This document shows, piece after piece, positions 23,001 through 33,687 of a stretch of DNA of 64,000 bases. Every line of letters starts with the position of its first letter. Positions within the stretch are counted from its first letter, which is position 1. The translations under genes were made by a program, and so were the position numbers. The stretch comes from Caecitellus pseudoparvulus (Eukaryota; Protista; Bigyra: Bicosoecida). A model generated the notes under the pieces. It was not told where the DNA came from. It saw nothing but the letters and a program-made list of their open reading frames with translations, and did no database searches. The stretch is taken from assembly GCA_965644315.1 (NCBI GenBank), contig CBFFRQ010000008.1:1-64000 (forward strand), read 5' to 3'.

Positions 23001-26000
23001 GCTGCTGATCAGGAGGGATGCCCTCCTTGTCCTGGATAACGTACTTCAGCGACTCGATGGTTTCACTCGAGTCAATGTCGATGGTAATGGTCTTGCCTGT
23101 CAAGGTCTTCACATACAGGCGGATGCCCATACCGTAGCCCCCACCTCTCCGTGCAGGTCGCCATGTGTGCCGCACGCGATATCCAACAACCACAAACGTG
23201 GTGTCTGGCACCTGCCTCCAGCTGGAGCCAGCCGTGTACCGGCGCCAATACTGCAGCACGCTCTCGAGCGATGTCGGGTCCATGTCCACGAGGGGCGTGC
23301 GGAGACTGTAATGGTTACTCGTCAGCTGCCCGCCCTCTACCAGCCCCAGGATGGCCTCATCCACCCCCACCAGCGACACGATGGCACCCTCCACGCCGCG
23401 CCCTGCGGGGTCTTTCACCTGCACTGTAACTGGAATCTCCTGCCCAGGCTTGGCTTGGCTGTCCGATACACCCACGCACACAGACAGGGCAGCTGAAATG
23501 CCTGAGGCATCCTCCGCCGATTCCTGCTGAGAGGCACCGGAGCTAGCCGCTGCGCCGGCCAAGGCATCGGCTGGGTGCTTGCCAAGGGATGCAGTCAGCG
23601 CCTTCGCGTCGGCCTTCACCACGTCAATCAGCCCATCCCGCTTTCGGGGCCCCGTCTGCAAGACTGTGCGGCCCACATTGCAAAAGCCAGGGGCAGACAA
23701 CACGACAGTCACTGGAACGCCAAACGCCGTCACATGGTCAAGTTTCATGTTCAAGTCATATGTTGCGAAGCCAGCATCCCTAGTGCTGTCCACATCCCCA
23801 GCGCTCTTGACGTTCGCAGAGGTCAGCGTGAAGTCATGAGCTTGCAGGTTGGACTGTGACCCGTACACTGCTCGGCCATGCACAACGCCGATGCTGCCGG
23901 ATGCCAGCTCTTGCGACAGCACCTTGCCAGCCTTGATCCTTGCGACGAGAGGCTGGGCAGGAGTAGAGGGGGCACTGGCCACCTCAACGCTCACTGTGCC
24001 TTGCTTGAGCTTGTGCTGCAGTTCGACGGCGCTCAGCACTTCAGGTGCCGGCTGCGGTGCAGGGACAGCCGGCTCGGGCCCTCGGTAGACTCGTTCCGAA
24101 ATGGTAACTTGTTGTGAGACCTGTGAGACGCGCCCACAGTCATCCGCCGCGACGGCAGATACCGTGATGGCGCCGTGATCTTGCAGCGGCAGCACCGCGT
24201 CCACAGGCCCAGCATCGCTGGAAACAACCACAGCCGAGGCGATGTGGCCCGGCGCCTTCACATTTTCCTTCGTGCCTTTCTTGTTGTCGTACATCGCAAT
24301 GGCTCCATGCTCGAACAGTGCTGCATCAGCTGCCGTGGAGAGGGGGCTAATGGAGTCTTCTTGGGCCGTTGCCAACGACAGATGCAGCACGTTGCAGGTA
24401 CTTCCCAGCTGGGAAGCAAGAGCCACCACGACATCGTGCACGATGTCACAGCCCCGCACCTGCACCGTCACGCTTTGCTTGCGCTGGGGGTTAGCGGCCC
24501 TACTGCGGATGTCGCTGGTGTCCACCTCCACGTCCATGGGCGTCAGAAGCCAGGGGTCTTCCTGTGCAGCAAGGTTGGCACGGGCACGGGCGTCCTCGAA
24601 CACCTTCGTGCGCAGGGTGGACACTGACTCCTGCTTCGCCACCCGCACAGGCACGCCGCCCACCAAGTTCCCGTCCAAGTCCTGCACAATGACTTGCACC
24701 TTCAGGGACGGCTTCTGCCCTGGCACACGCACGATGCAGTCGGAGCTTGAAGAGGCGCGCAGCGCCACGTATGAGCTGCAGGGGTGCACTGTGATGGGCT
24801 GCAGGGGCCCGCTGGACCGCATTTGGAAGCTCAAGTCCTGCACTTCCACTGACGGCGTGATCCGAATGGGGCACGCGGGGAAGAACTTCATCGGCAGGGC
24901 AATCTGGTACGTGGCCTTTCCGTCCTTGTCCAGGGTAGCTTCCCGCCTGAGGTCAGTCAGCTCGCTCTGGAAGGACGCTGAGCTGGAGGGGTACGTGTAG
25001 CTTGCAGTGGAAAAGGCCCCACCAGGGACGGGCGGCAGGCGAACATCCTGCGTTTCGCAGTCTGCTGTCCAGAAGGCAGTGGCAGAGGCCAGCGGCGCAC
25101 CGCTCAGGTACTTTGCCTCTGTCTCCAACGTCAGAATGTCGCCCGCAACCACGTGCTTCTTGGCGGCGGTGTCAGCAGACCACGCGATGCCGACAGACAG
25201 CTCGGGCGGCCGGAATGTGGCGAGCTTGAAGGAGTGCGTGGCTTTCGCAGAGAATTCACCGGAGAGGCATTTGCCATCTGGCTGCACGAGGGTCAGGGAG
25301 ATGGTGTTCACGCCCAGCTTGGCCATGGCTTCCCCAGGCAGCTTCAGGCGCAGGGAGAAGTCCCCCGCGGCGCCGACTGGAATGACACCCTTCTCGAAAT
25401 CCTGCCCGTCTTTCGCGTGCACCCACTGCACCTTCCACTGCCCGTCAGCGCCCTTCCACTGCGGCAGGCTTCCGGGCGGGACAATGGCACCGTCTGGCGC
25501 ACGGGCCAGCGCATACCCCCACACAGCCATGTCCTCCCCCGGCTGATACAACTGCCGGTCATCAAACACGTTCAAGTTGTAGCTGACGCTTCGGGAGGGC
25601 TGGGCCGTGACGAGGTTGCGCAGGTGGAAGAAGCGGGCTGCACTGCCCTCGGGAGCAGCAGGGAAACGCATGGGGCGAGGCGCAGCGATGGTGCGTGGCG
25701 CCTGCTCGTCGCTCGGCTCGGGCGGGGCGATGGACAGGGACACAAGGTCTTCCATGGACACGCCAGGCGGCAGCAGTGCTCCATACACGCCACACTCCTT
25801 GCCGTCCACCTTCTCATACCAGGCAGAGCAGCGCTGGGCCACGGCGGGGTTGTCCTCCTCTGCGGGTGGCACGACGCGCACCATGCCGTCTGCCGCGGTG
25901 CTCAGCAACCAACCTCCTTCCGGTGTCGGCTGCACACTTGCCGCTTCGAATGTGAACCCGCTGGGCATGGGGGGCAACAGGAGGGATGCGCCTTCTGCCG

Positions 26001-28571
26001 GCGCCCCCGACACGCCGTCCACCAAGCGAATGTCAGTGTGCCGTTCACATGGCAGGATGACCATGTCCACCTGCTTCAGCTGCAGCCACAGACTGCGTGG
26101 GTTCAGCGCCAGAGGGTCCTCTTCCGACTCCTCCATCCCCTCGGGGAACACGGTGTGGGTGTCTCCCGGCACCAGTGCCAGCACGGCGTGGCAACCCGCC
26201 TCCCGAACAACCGGCATGTGCTTTGCCACAAACTCAGCCGCTCCTGTCAGCGTACCCTGCCACTTGTTGGGCTCCCACGCACCCTGAGCTGCCTCCAGGG
26301 GCAGGCTGGCAATCACCTCGCCTGGCAGTGCAGAGGCATCCTTGTATCGAATGGCCCCAACATGGGCAGCGTAGGCAGGGAAGTCTGCCAGAGTCACACG
26401 CCGCAGCTGCAGCTCCATGGTCCGGATGTTCCGGGAGGTCACACCCACGATGGAGGAGAGGGACTCCTCGGTGCCCAGCAGAGGCGCAAAGGGCAGCACG
26501 CCAGCAAGGTGCTTGGCAGACTCAAACTGCTTCGCGTGGGCGCCGCCGACGCTGCAGGAGCCCCTCCAAGAAGGCGGTGCGTCAGCTGGCTCTTCCAGCG
26601 CCAGCGGAACTTGGACCGTGAATGCCACGTCTTCAGGCATCTGCTGCCCGAAAGTGTCGATCACGTCCTCGCAGCGCAAGCGCACGTCATACGATTCCCC
26701 GCGGGTGAACTTGCAGTTCAGCAGGGAAACGTACGTGCCATGCACTGAGAGCCTGGACCGCGACGTGTCTTCCAGAGGAACGTGCGGCTCCGTGACGATG
26801 TCGGGCGGGTTCACTTCATACTCGTCGCGCAGGGGGTTGTTGAAACACAGCTCCCGGGGCCCCTTGGTCAGCACAGGCTGAACTGGCTGCAGCAGCTGCA
26901 GGGGCGCTGGCGTAGAGAAGGAGTACGTCGAGAATGCAGTGGAAGCGACAGGCCCAAGGATAGACTTCATGCCGGGGTACAGCACGATGGTGATGTTGGA
27001 GTTCAGGGGGAACCCGTCATCTGCCATGATGGCCATGGGCATGACAGGCAGTCCAGGGCAGTCCTTGCCCTCCAGCTGCTCCTGGAACAGGTCAGAGGTC
27101 GTTTCGTAGTCCAACAGCCGCACAGTGCATGGCAAGAGGGTGCTTGGCTCTGGCTCGGCGTCACTTTCCAGAGCAGCTGTCGCAGAGGCGTCCAGCTCAT
27201 CCGAGGGGGCTTCAGTCACAGGTAGGCCGCAGCTTTTCTCCAGGGCCTGCACGATGGAAGGGTGCGCTGTCGGCTTCCGCATCACGTCGTCATTGAACTT
27301 GACATCGTCCGCTTTGCGGGGGCGGACGAATGCCCGCACTACGGGGAGCGAGTCCAGCGGCTGTGATGGTACCAGGATCAACGTTTGTTTGCCATGAGTG
27401 ATGTGATCGGCTTCCCAGTTTCCCTGGTAAAGCCGGGTGATGTCGGCGGGCTTGGTGGAGAAGGTGAATGTGACATCTTCCTCTAACACATTTCCCAGCA
27501 CTGACTTGAGCGTGGAGGGCTGCTCCTGCAGCACTGCTTGGGCACGCAGCTTGACAGTGTACTCAGTGGCAGGCGTGAAGGGCTCTTGTCCGCTGAACCA
27601 GTCTGACATGCCCATGGCGCCGCCATCGGCTCCCCCGCAGGTGATGCGAAGCGTGCGGTCACCGCGCCACTTGAAGTTCAGTGGCCCAGGTGCCTGCGGT
27701 TCAATGCTCAGGTGGGCCTTGAGCAGGTCTTCCCCCACATCCACTACGCCAGAGATCATGGCTGCGCTGAACTTGATAGAGATGTCCATCACTGGGGCAT
27801 GTTGCGGTCCAGTGGGCGTCGTGCCAATCACACGCAGCGGCTCAGTCAGCGCTGGTTGCAAGAGGTCCTCCGGGATAGCTTCTTGCTCCAGAACTTCCGC
27901 AGAGGGCAGCAGCCCTGCCGCTATGTCTGCTTCCAACTCCTGCAGGCGCCTTTTGAACTCCTCCCCGGCCAGCGCGGCATGGCCGGCCAAGGAGGAGGGC
28001 GCAGTTGGCATCAACGCGAGCGACCTTTGCACGTCCTCCAACGGAAGTGGCTCGACAGCTGCAGGCTGCTGCACCGCTGCTGAACCCTTGCCTGCTGTGG
28101 CTTGGATCTGTGGTGAAAAGTGGAAGGGCGTGGCTGCATCTGCACAAAAACCAATGCGGAGCATTTGGCGTGGTGGCCTACCTGCGTCGCCACGACGGAT
28201 CGCAAGAGGCCGCGCAAATGAATGAGGTGGGGGGCCCGTGCGTCCGTCTCGGGAACAAGAACCATGTGGGACCGCGTTCCACAGCGGCAGCCCATCTGGG
28301 CGAGTGTGACGTCGGTGCGCGTTGCCGCCTGCCCATTGATGACCAAGCGCATTTGCACAGCAGTTTGCCGTAAGAAATCCGTCACTTGCAGAACTGTCGC
28401 TCCCTCTGGCAGCTGCAGCGAAGCGTGGGAAAAGGAGACGCCGTCCTCATTCAGGACGTGCAGCTCCACAAATGCTGCATCAGCTCCGTTGGAAGTCAAG
28501 CTGTCTGGCAGTGCTGGCAGCTCAAGCGTGCTGGGGTTGGCCTCGCTGGCCGTGCTCACACCTTGCCCCAT
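20002..28571 (-). CDS. Bacterial-type alpha-2-macroglobulin / thioester protein with ubiquitin in the bait region (~2831 aa)
   Basis: Exon 1 28571-28182 (MGQGVS...), intron 28181-28108, exon 2 to 20002. Motifs: Ig-like domains, [11 protein letters not shown] (MG2), [37 protein letters not shown] and [18 protein letters not shown] (bacterial MG10-like end). Confidence 0.9.
22897..23124 (-). other. Embedded 76-aa ubiquitin domain ending LRLRGG
   Basis: [14 protein letters not shown]...[11 protein letters not shown]; 58/76 identical to canonical ubiquitin by manual alignment; in frame within the A2M ORF. Confidence 0.97.
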
Positions 28572-29013
28572 GGTTGAAGCGGGCACGTATCTTGCTCAGC
28601 GGAAACGAAAGGACTAAAACGCCCAACTGTGCGTGTGTTGGGAGGCTGGTGAGGTACGAGTCGAGCGTGATTTACGCTTCGTTCGGGATTGACATGCAAT
28701 CTCTGGCGGTGCCTCCCTGCTTCCGCCACCGGCCATCGGGAATCACATTCAAGCCCACCTCCCGCGACAACGCTGAAATTTGCTTGCTCTTGAGCACACC
28801 CTCAACAGAGCACATCCCTGGTACTCAAGAGCCCACGCGGCAGCCCACGCTGCGTGGCTCCTCTGCAAGCTCGCCTCGCAGACGACCACCCAATTCCCTG
28901 CAACTGGGCAGCAGCTTCGGGTGTGAAGGGCTGGCAGGGTGAACTGTCAGCAGCTCGAGCTTGGGCGCCCTCAAGGCTGCTCCAGGTGAAGCAGGGGCAC
29001 AGCTTGTGGTGAC

Positions 29014-30339
29014 ATGGCAGGCCAGGAGACTTCCTCGCCACCCAGCGAGGTGCGAGCCGCTGCATGCCACATGGCAAGGCCAGCAAAGGATGCAAGTGCC
29101 CACACGTCTGCGCAGCATCTGAAAGCATTTCGGGACGTTCTCGACTCGGAGTCTCTCTCAGAAGGTGCGTGCAGCGGCGCCGGAAGCCGGCACTGGCGTT
29201 GCAGTGAAACGCATGTGAAACACCCCTCCACAGGTGACCGTGTTCGTGCGCTCCGGCACCTCATCATCACTGTCGGCATCCAGGACTCGTGTGGCAGTCT
29301 GCGGGAAGAGGTGTGGCCCCTCTTGTTGGGGGCCAGTGTGGATGAGGCTGCGTTCCAGGCCGCCACTGCAGTCGACCCCTCCTCTGTGCCGAATGCGCGA
29401 CAAATCCACCGAGACGTGCCGGCGACATGGAATGGCGACGAGGCGTTTGAAGCTGCCGTTGACCGCGATGAGCTCACTGCTCTCTGTGCGGCGTACGACG
29501 CCTGGGCGGCGTCAGTGCGCGAGGACCCGGCCGCTCCAGCCGAATTGCGCGGTGTCCCAGTCGTGCGCACGGGCTACCCACAAGGCATGAACCGCCTGGC
29601 AGCGCCCCTGGCCATGGCCATGCCCCTGCCCAAGGCATGGGCTTGCCTCTGTCGCCTGGTCGTAGGCCTCGTCCCCAGCTGGTTCGTGGGTGGCGTGGTG
29701 GGGGTGAACCGTGGCTGTGCATTGCTGGACGAAGTGCTACGGAGTGTGGACCCTCGCTTGCGGGCCGCCATGCACACTGCCCAGCCCATGTACGCCCGCC
29801 TCTTTGCCTTTGCCAGGATCCAAACGCTGTACGGCATCGTGGGCCCCAGCCCCCATGTCCTGCAGCTGTGGGATGCCATTCTGTCCTTCGGACCACACCT
29901 GACGGTGCTGCTGGCTGCGGCAGAGATGGTGCTGGTGCGGGAAGCCATCCTGGACAAAGACGGCACGACGCAAGGCAGCCTCCCCCCCCACGCCTTGACG
30001 GCCTCGCCACAAACTGTCATCACTGTCGCCCTGGAGCTGGTGCCGCTCCTGGCCGATGAGCTGTACACGCGCCTCCTGCACTGGCCAACAACTCTGCCTG
30101 CGACAACAGGGCCAGCTGGCGGGGGCAGTAGGACTCCCTCCATGGCCCATAGTGCCAGCTCATCCAAGAGCAGTGCTGATCAGGGGGGGGAGGGGGGGGA
30201 GGGGCGTCGCCTGAAGCCTCTCCCCCATCACGCACAGGCACACCCCTCTCAGGCGACAGCCCCTCCCGCCGCCGCCACAGCACCAGCCCAAGCAGCCACG
30301 AGCACCCCTCGGCAGCACCAACCAGGCGCAGGTCAATGA
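29014..30339 (+). CDS. TBC-domain GAP, Bub2/Cdc16-like
   Basis: LREEVWPLLLG, IHRDVPAT, YPQGMN, GVNRGCALLDEVL and LQLWDAILSFGPHL motifs. Confidence 0.8.
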   Translation: MAGQETSSPPSEVRAAACHMARPAKDASAHTSAQHLKAFRDVLDSESLSEGACSGAGSRHWRCSETHVKHPSTGDRVRALRHLIITVGIQDSCGSLREEVWPLLLGASVDEAAFQAATAVDPSSVPNARQIHRDVPATWNGDEAFEAAVDRDELTALCAAYDAWAASVREDPAAPAELRGVPVVRTGYPQGMNRLAAPLAMAMPLPKAWACLCRLVVGLVPSWFVGGVVGVNRGCALLDEVLRSVDPRLRAAMHTAQPMYARLFAFARIQTLYGIVGPSPHVLQLWDAILSFGPHLTVLLAAAEMVLVREAILDKDGTTQGSLPPHALTASPQTVITVALELVPLLADELYTRLLHWPTTLPATTGPAGGGSRTPSMAHSASSSKSSADQGGEGGEGRRLKPLPHHAQAHPSQATAPPAAATAPAQAATSTPRQHQPGAGQ

Positions 30340-33300
30340 GTGCGGTGGCGGCCTTTGGCGCCACCGCAGCGGCCGCCGCCGCCTCTATGGAAGCTCGCGA
30401 GGCGCCCACACCAGGGGACATGCCGCCCAGCCTGGCCAAAGTGCTGCAACAGGCGGCAGAAGGGTCCTTGGTACCCCCACCTCTGCCGTCCACCTTGCCT
30501 GTCACCAGCCCCACCACACGCAGTCTGCAGCGCCAGAGCAGACCACCCGCACTGGCGCCCGGCCGGCACCCACTCCTAGCCCCGCCACTGCACCTGGCGG
30601 CCCACACAGCTGTGAGCATCACCGACTCGCCAGACAGCAGGGCTGAACCCTACCCCCGCACACCCAGCAGCACCCCCCGCAAAGCCAACGCCAAACTGGC
30701 CACCCTGTCCAAACGCCGTCAGGCCATTGCACGCGCCCGCAGCTACCAGGCCCTGGACACTGCCGCCCGCCGGGTCAGCACTTTTGCAGCGCTGCAGGGC
30801 CGCATCAACAAACTTCGGGGCGCGGCGTGGATGCTGGGCCGTCTGCGGGCTGGCCGCCGAGAAGGCCCCACACCGCCGGCCGTGGCACCGCGTCGTCGGC
30901 GCCACAGGTCCCCACGCAAGGCTGACACCGAACCGCGGGTAGTGATTGTGCGCAGCCCGCCTCCGCCACCGCCACACCTTGGGGTGGAGCGCACTCGGCG
31001 CACGCCCCCCTCGCCGCTGTCCACTTCACCCGGAGCTTCAAACAGCCCAAGGCCCAGCCCTTCAGGACAACCGGGCGAAGTCGGCGATCGCGCCAGCAAA
31101 CGTCAGCCGCCTTCTCATGTCGCTGGACACGGCCGTGCGTTTGTGGATCAGGATGCCACGTCCAGTGACTCATCGTGGGATGGCCCCCATGCTGTGGAAG
31201 TTGCAGCACAGGCAGGGAGTGCGCCGTACGCGAAGGACTCGAATCGACATGCCAAGCCTTGGGCAACTCCACCAGCACCCGCCTTCCAAGCGCCCCACCG
31301 CACCCCCCGACGAACGCAGTCGGCAGGAGGTCGTTTTGAAGCCCTGCGCAAACGGAGGGAATCATTCGGGCGAGGTGGCCCGCCTCCGCCCAAGGCAACG
31401 GAGACGGCAGCGAGAACGGAAAAGGAGCCTTCAGACGTGCACGGGCCAGCTGCTCTGTTTGGGGCACAGCGCCAAAGCGAAGGGGAAGTCTCAGAGCACC
31501 AGAAACTGACACAAGGCTCGAATGGTACTGGGAGTGCGGGTAGGGTTGAGGGCGCTATCGGCGTGGGTGGGAGAGAGGGCGCTGGGGGTGTGGGTGGGAG
31601 TGAGGGCGCTGGAGGCGCAGGTGGAGATGAGGTCGCTGTCGGCACGGGTGGGAGTGAGGGCGCTGTCTGCGCAGGTGGAGATGAGGTCGCTGTCGGCACG
31701 GGTGGGAGTGAGGACACTGGCGGCGCAGGTGGGGATGAGGGCGCTGGCAGTGCGGGTGGGGATGAGAGCGCTGTCGGTGTTGGTGGGGATGAGGGCACTG
31801 GCGGTGTTGGTGGGGATGAGGGCGCTGGCGGTGTGGGTGGGGATGAGGGCGCTGGTGTCGGAGTTGGGGATGAGGGCGCTGGCGGCGCAGTTGGGAGTGA
31901 GGCCGCTGGCAGCATGGGTGGGGATGAGGGCGCTGGTGGTGTTGGTGGGGATGAGGGCGCTAGAGCTGCGGGTGGTGATGAGGGCGCTGTCGGCGCAGTT
32001 GGGAGTGAGGGCGCTGGCAGTGCGGGTGGGGATGAGGGCGCTGTCGGCGCGGGTGGGGATGAGGGCGCTGGCGGTGTGGGTGGGGATGAGGACACTGGCA
32101 GTGCGGGTGGGGATGAGGGCGCTGTCGGTGTTGGTGGGGATGAGGGCGCTGTCGGCGCAGTTGGGAGTGAGGGCGCTGGCGGCGCAGTTGAGGATGAGGG
32201 CGCTGGCAGCATGGGTGGGGATGAGGGCGCTGTCGGCGCGGGTGGAGATGAGGACTCTGGCAGTGCGGGTGGGGATGAGGGCGCTAGCAGCATGGGTGGT
32301 GATGAGGGCGCTGGTGGTGTTGGTGGGAGTGAGGGCGCTAGAGCTGCGGGTGGTGATGAGGGCGCTGTCGGCGCAGTTGGGAGTGAGGGTGCTGGCAGTG
32401 CGGGTGGGGATGAGGGCGCTGTCGGCGCGGGTGGGGATGAGGGCGCTGGCGGTGTTGGTGGGGATGAGGGCGCTGGCGGTGTTGGTGGTGATGAGGGCAC
32501 TGGTGGAGTTGGTGGTGATGAGGGCACTCGCGGCGTGGATAGTGCGGTGGAATTCTCAGCACTTTCGAACCAGAGTTGTCTTTATCCCAGGGAATGCGAA
32601 GGTGTCAATTCCTTGGACGTCTCACGTTCCAGCTCCCCGTCACAGTTGGCTCGCAAGCGCCACAGCGTGACATTCCAAGATGCCCCGGAGGAGACCTTGC
32701 ACGACTCTCCTGAGCAAGGAACGCCCGATGCATTCCCATCCACAGTAGCACATGATTCAGCCACACTACAGAGGGCCCAGTCGCGAGCGCCGTTTCCCTT
32801 CCTTCGGAGTGATTCGTCCACGACGGTCAGCAGTACGGTTCCAGAAGTGGAGTTCCCAGTGGATGGACCGGGCGACAGCCACCGTGAGCGGCGGGCTGAC
32901 TTTGCTTTGCCAGTTGGACCAACAGGTGTGAGCAGCGTCGGCGACAGTGGCGCGTCTCTGGATGCCAAGGCAGCTCTGCGGCAGGTGAGGCAGGTGGCAG
33001 AGGCTGAGCGGTACAAGGGAGATGGAACGCAGGTGTTTTCCGCCGTCCCGCTGCTGCCTGGAAAGAGTATGCCGCCTGGGCGGCCCATCGTGGACAGCGG
33101 CGGAGTGTGGCACAACGGCAACTACTACACCCTGCGCGACCTGTTCGGGGCAGGGCCTGGTCGGCAGGTCGGGGAGGAAGAAGTGTGGGAGCCCGCCCCA
33201 CACCCGGCCAAGCCGTTCGTGACCATGCGCAGGCGCCTGCCCATCGTGGCGGGGAAAGGTGCAGTGCCGTCGCTGTGGGTGGCGAGCGCCGAACGATCAC

Positions 33301-33659
33301 CGGAGGCTGCGCAAGAGCGTGCGGGCATCGCCTGGCGCAGTGTTGGGGCGAGCGTGGGAGGCAGGACGCCCCAGGAAGCTGTGGAGAGGATGCTGGCTGC
33401 GGGTTTCAGGCCACAGACAGCCCCCGAAGCGCAAGGTAAGGCGCCTCTGTATGCTGCTGCCCCCCCTACCACACAGGCGGATCCAAGCTCGCCGGCACAG
33501 GCAGCCCCGCTGACGCACCATCAAGTCGCTGCATTGTGGGCGGCTTCGGGGGGACAGGGCAAGCGCCCGCCCCCCTCTGCCGCATGGGTGTGGCAGGAAC
33601 ACTTTCCCCGCACTGCCGACGCAGCGCGCGAGCTGCTGCACCGCTTGGCAGATGCGTGA
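30336..33659 (+). CDS. Hypothetical low-complexity protein with a Gly/Asp/Glu decapeptide repeat block
   Basis: 1107-codon ORF with no recognisable domain. Confidence 0.6.
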   Translation: MSAVAAFGATAAAAAASMEAREAPTPGDMPPSLAKVLQQAAEGSLVPPPLPSTLPVTSPTTRSLQRQSRPPALAPGRHPLLAPPLHLAAHTAVSITDSPDSRAEPYPRTPSSTPRKANAKLATLSKRRQAIARARSYQALDTAARRVSTFAALQGRINKLRGAAWMLGRLRAGRREGPTPPAVAPRRRRHRSPRKADTEPRVVIVRSPPPPPPHLGVERTRRTPPSPLSTSPGASNSPRPSPSGQPGEVGDRASKRQPPSHVAGHGRAFVDQDATSSDSSWDGPHAVEVAAQAGSAPYAKDSNRHAKPWATPPAPAFQAPHRTPRRTQSAGGRFEALRKRRESFGRGGPPPPKATETAARTEKEPSDVHGPAALFGAQRQSEGEVSEHQKLTQGSNGTGSAGRVEGAIGVGGREGAGGVGGSEGAGGAGGDEVAVGTGGSEGAVCAGGDEVAVGTGGSEDTGGAGGDEGAGSAGGDESAVGVGGDEGTGGVGGDEGAGGVGGDEGAGVGVGDEGAGGAVGSEAAGSMGGDEGAGGVGGDEGARAAGGDEGAVGAVGSEGAGSAGGDEGAVGAGGDEGAGGVGGDEDTGSAGGDEGAVGVGGDEGAVGAVGSEGAGGAVEDEGAGSMGGDEGAVGAGGDEDSGSAGGDEGASSMGGDEGAGGVGGSEGARAAGGDEGAVGAVGSEGAGSAGGDEGAVGAGGDEGAGGVGGDEGAGGVGGDEGTGGVGGDEGTRGVDSAVEFSALSNQSCLYPRECEGVNSLDVSRSSSPSQLARKRHSVTFQDAPEETLHDSPEQGTPDAFPSTVAHDSATLQRAQSRAPFPFLRSDSSTTVSSTVPEVEFPVDGPGDSHRERRADFALPVGPTGVSSVGDSGASLDAKAALRQVRQVAEAERYKGDGTQVFSAVPLLPGKSMPPGRPIVDSGGVWHNGNYYTLRDLFGAGPGRQVGEEEVWEPAPHPAKPFVTMRRRLPIVAGKGAVPSLWVASAERSPEAAQERAGIAWRSVGASVGGRTPQEAVERMLAAGFRPQTAPEAQGKAPLYAAAPPTTQADPSSPAQAAPLTHHQVAALWAASGGQGKRPPPSAAWVWQEHFPRTADAARELLHRLADA
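31535..32530 (+). repeat. 30-bp coding minisatellite (GGDEGAGGVG-like, about 33 units)
   Basis: Recurrent GGTGGGGATGAGGGCGCTGGC... units with variants. Confidence 0.92.
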
Positions 33660-33687
33660 CGCGCCGGGGTCAGCAGTGACGGGAACG

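Noticed and set aside
22897-23130. Stand-alone ubiquitin or polyubiquitin gene
   Set aside because: Single copy, in frame inside an uninterrupted 8.1-kb exon, with no stop after GG.
31148-32670. Pro/Ser-rich minus-strand ORF and VGMRALA alternative-frame ORF as genes
   Set aside because: By-products of the stop-free 30-bp repeat.
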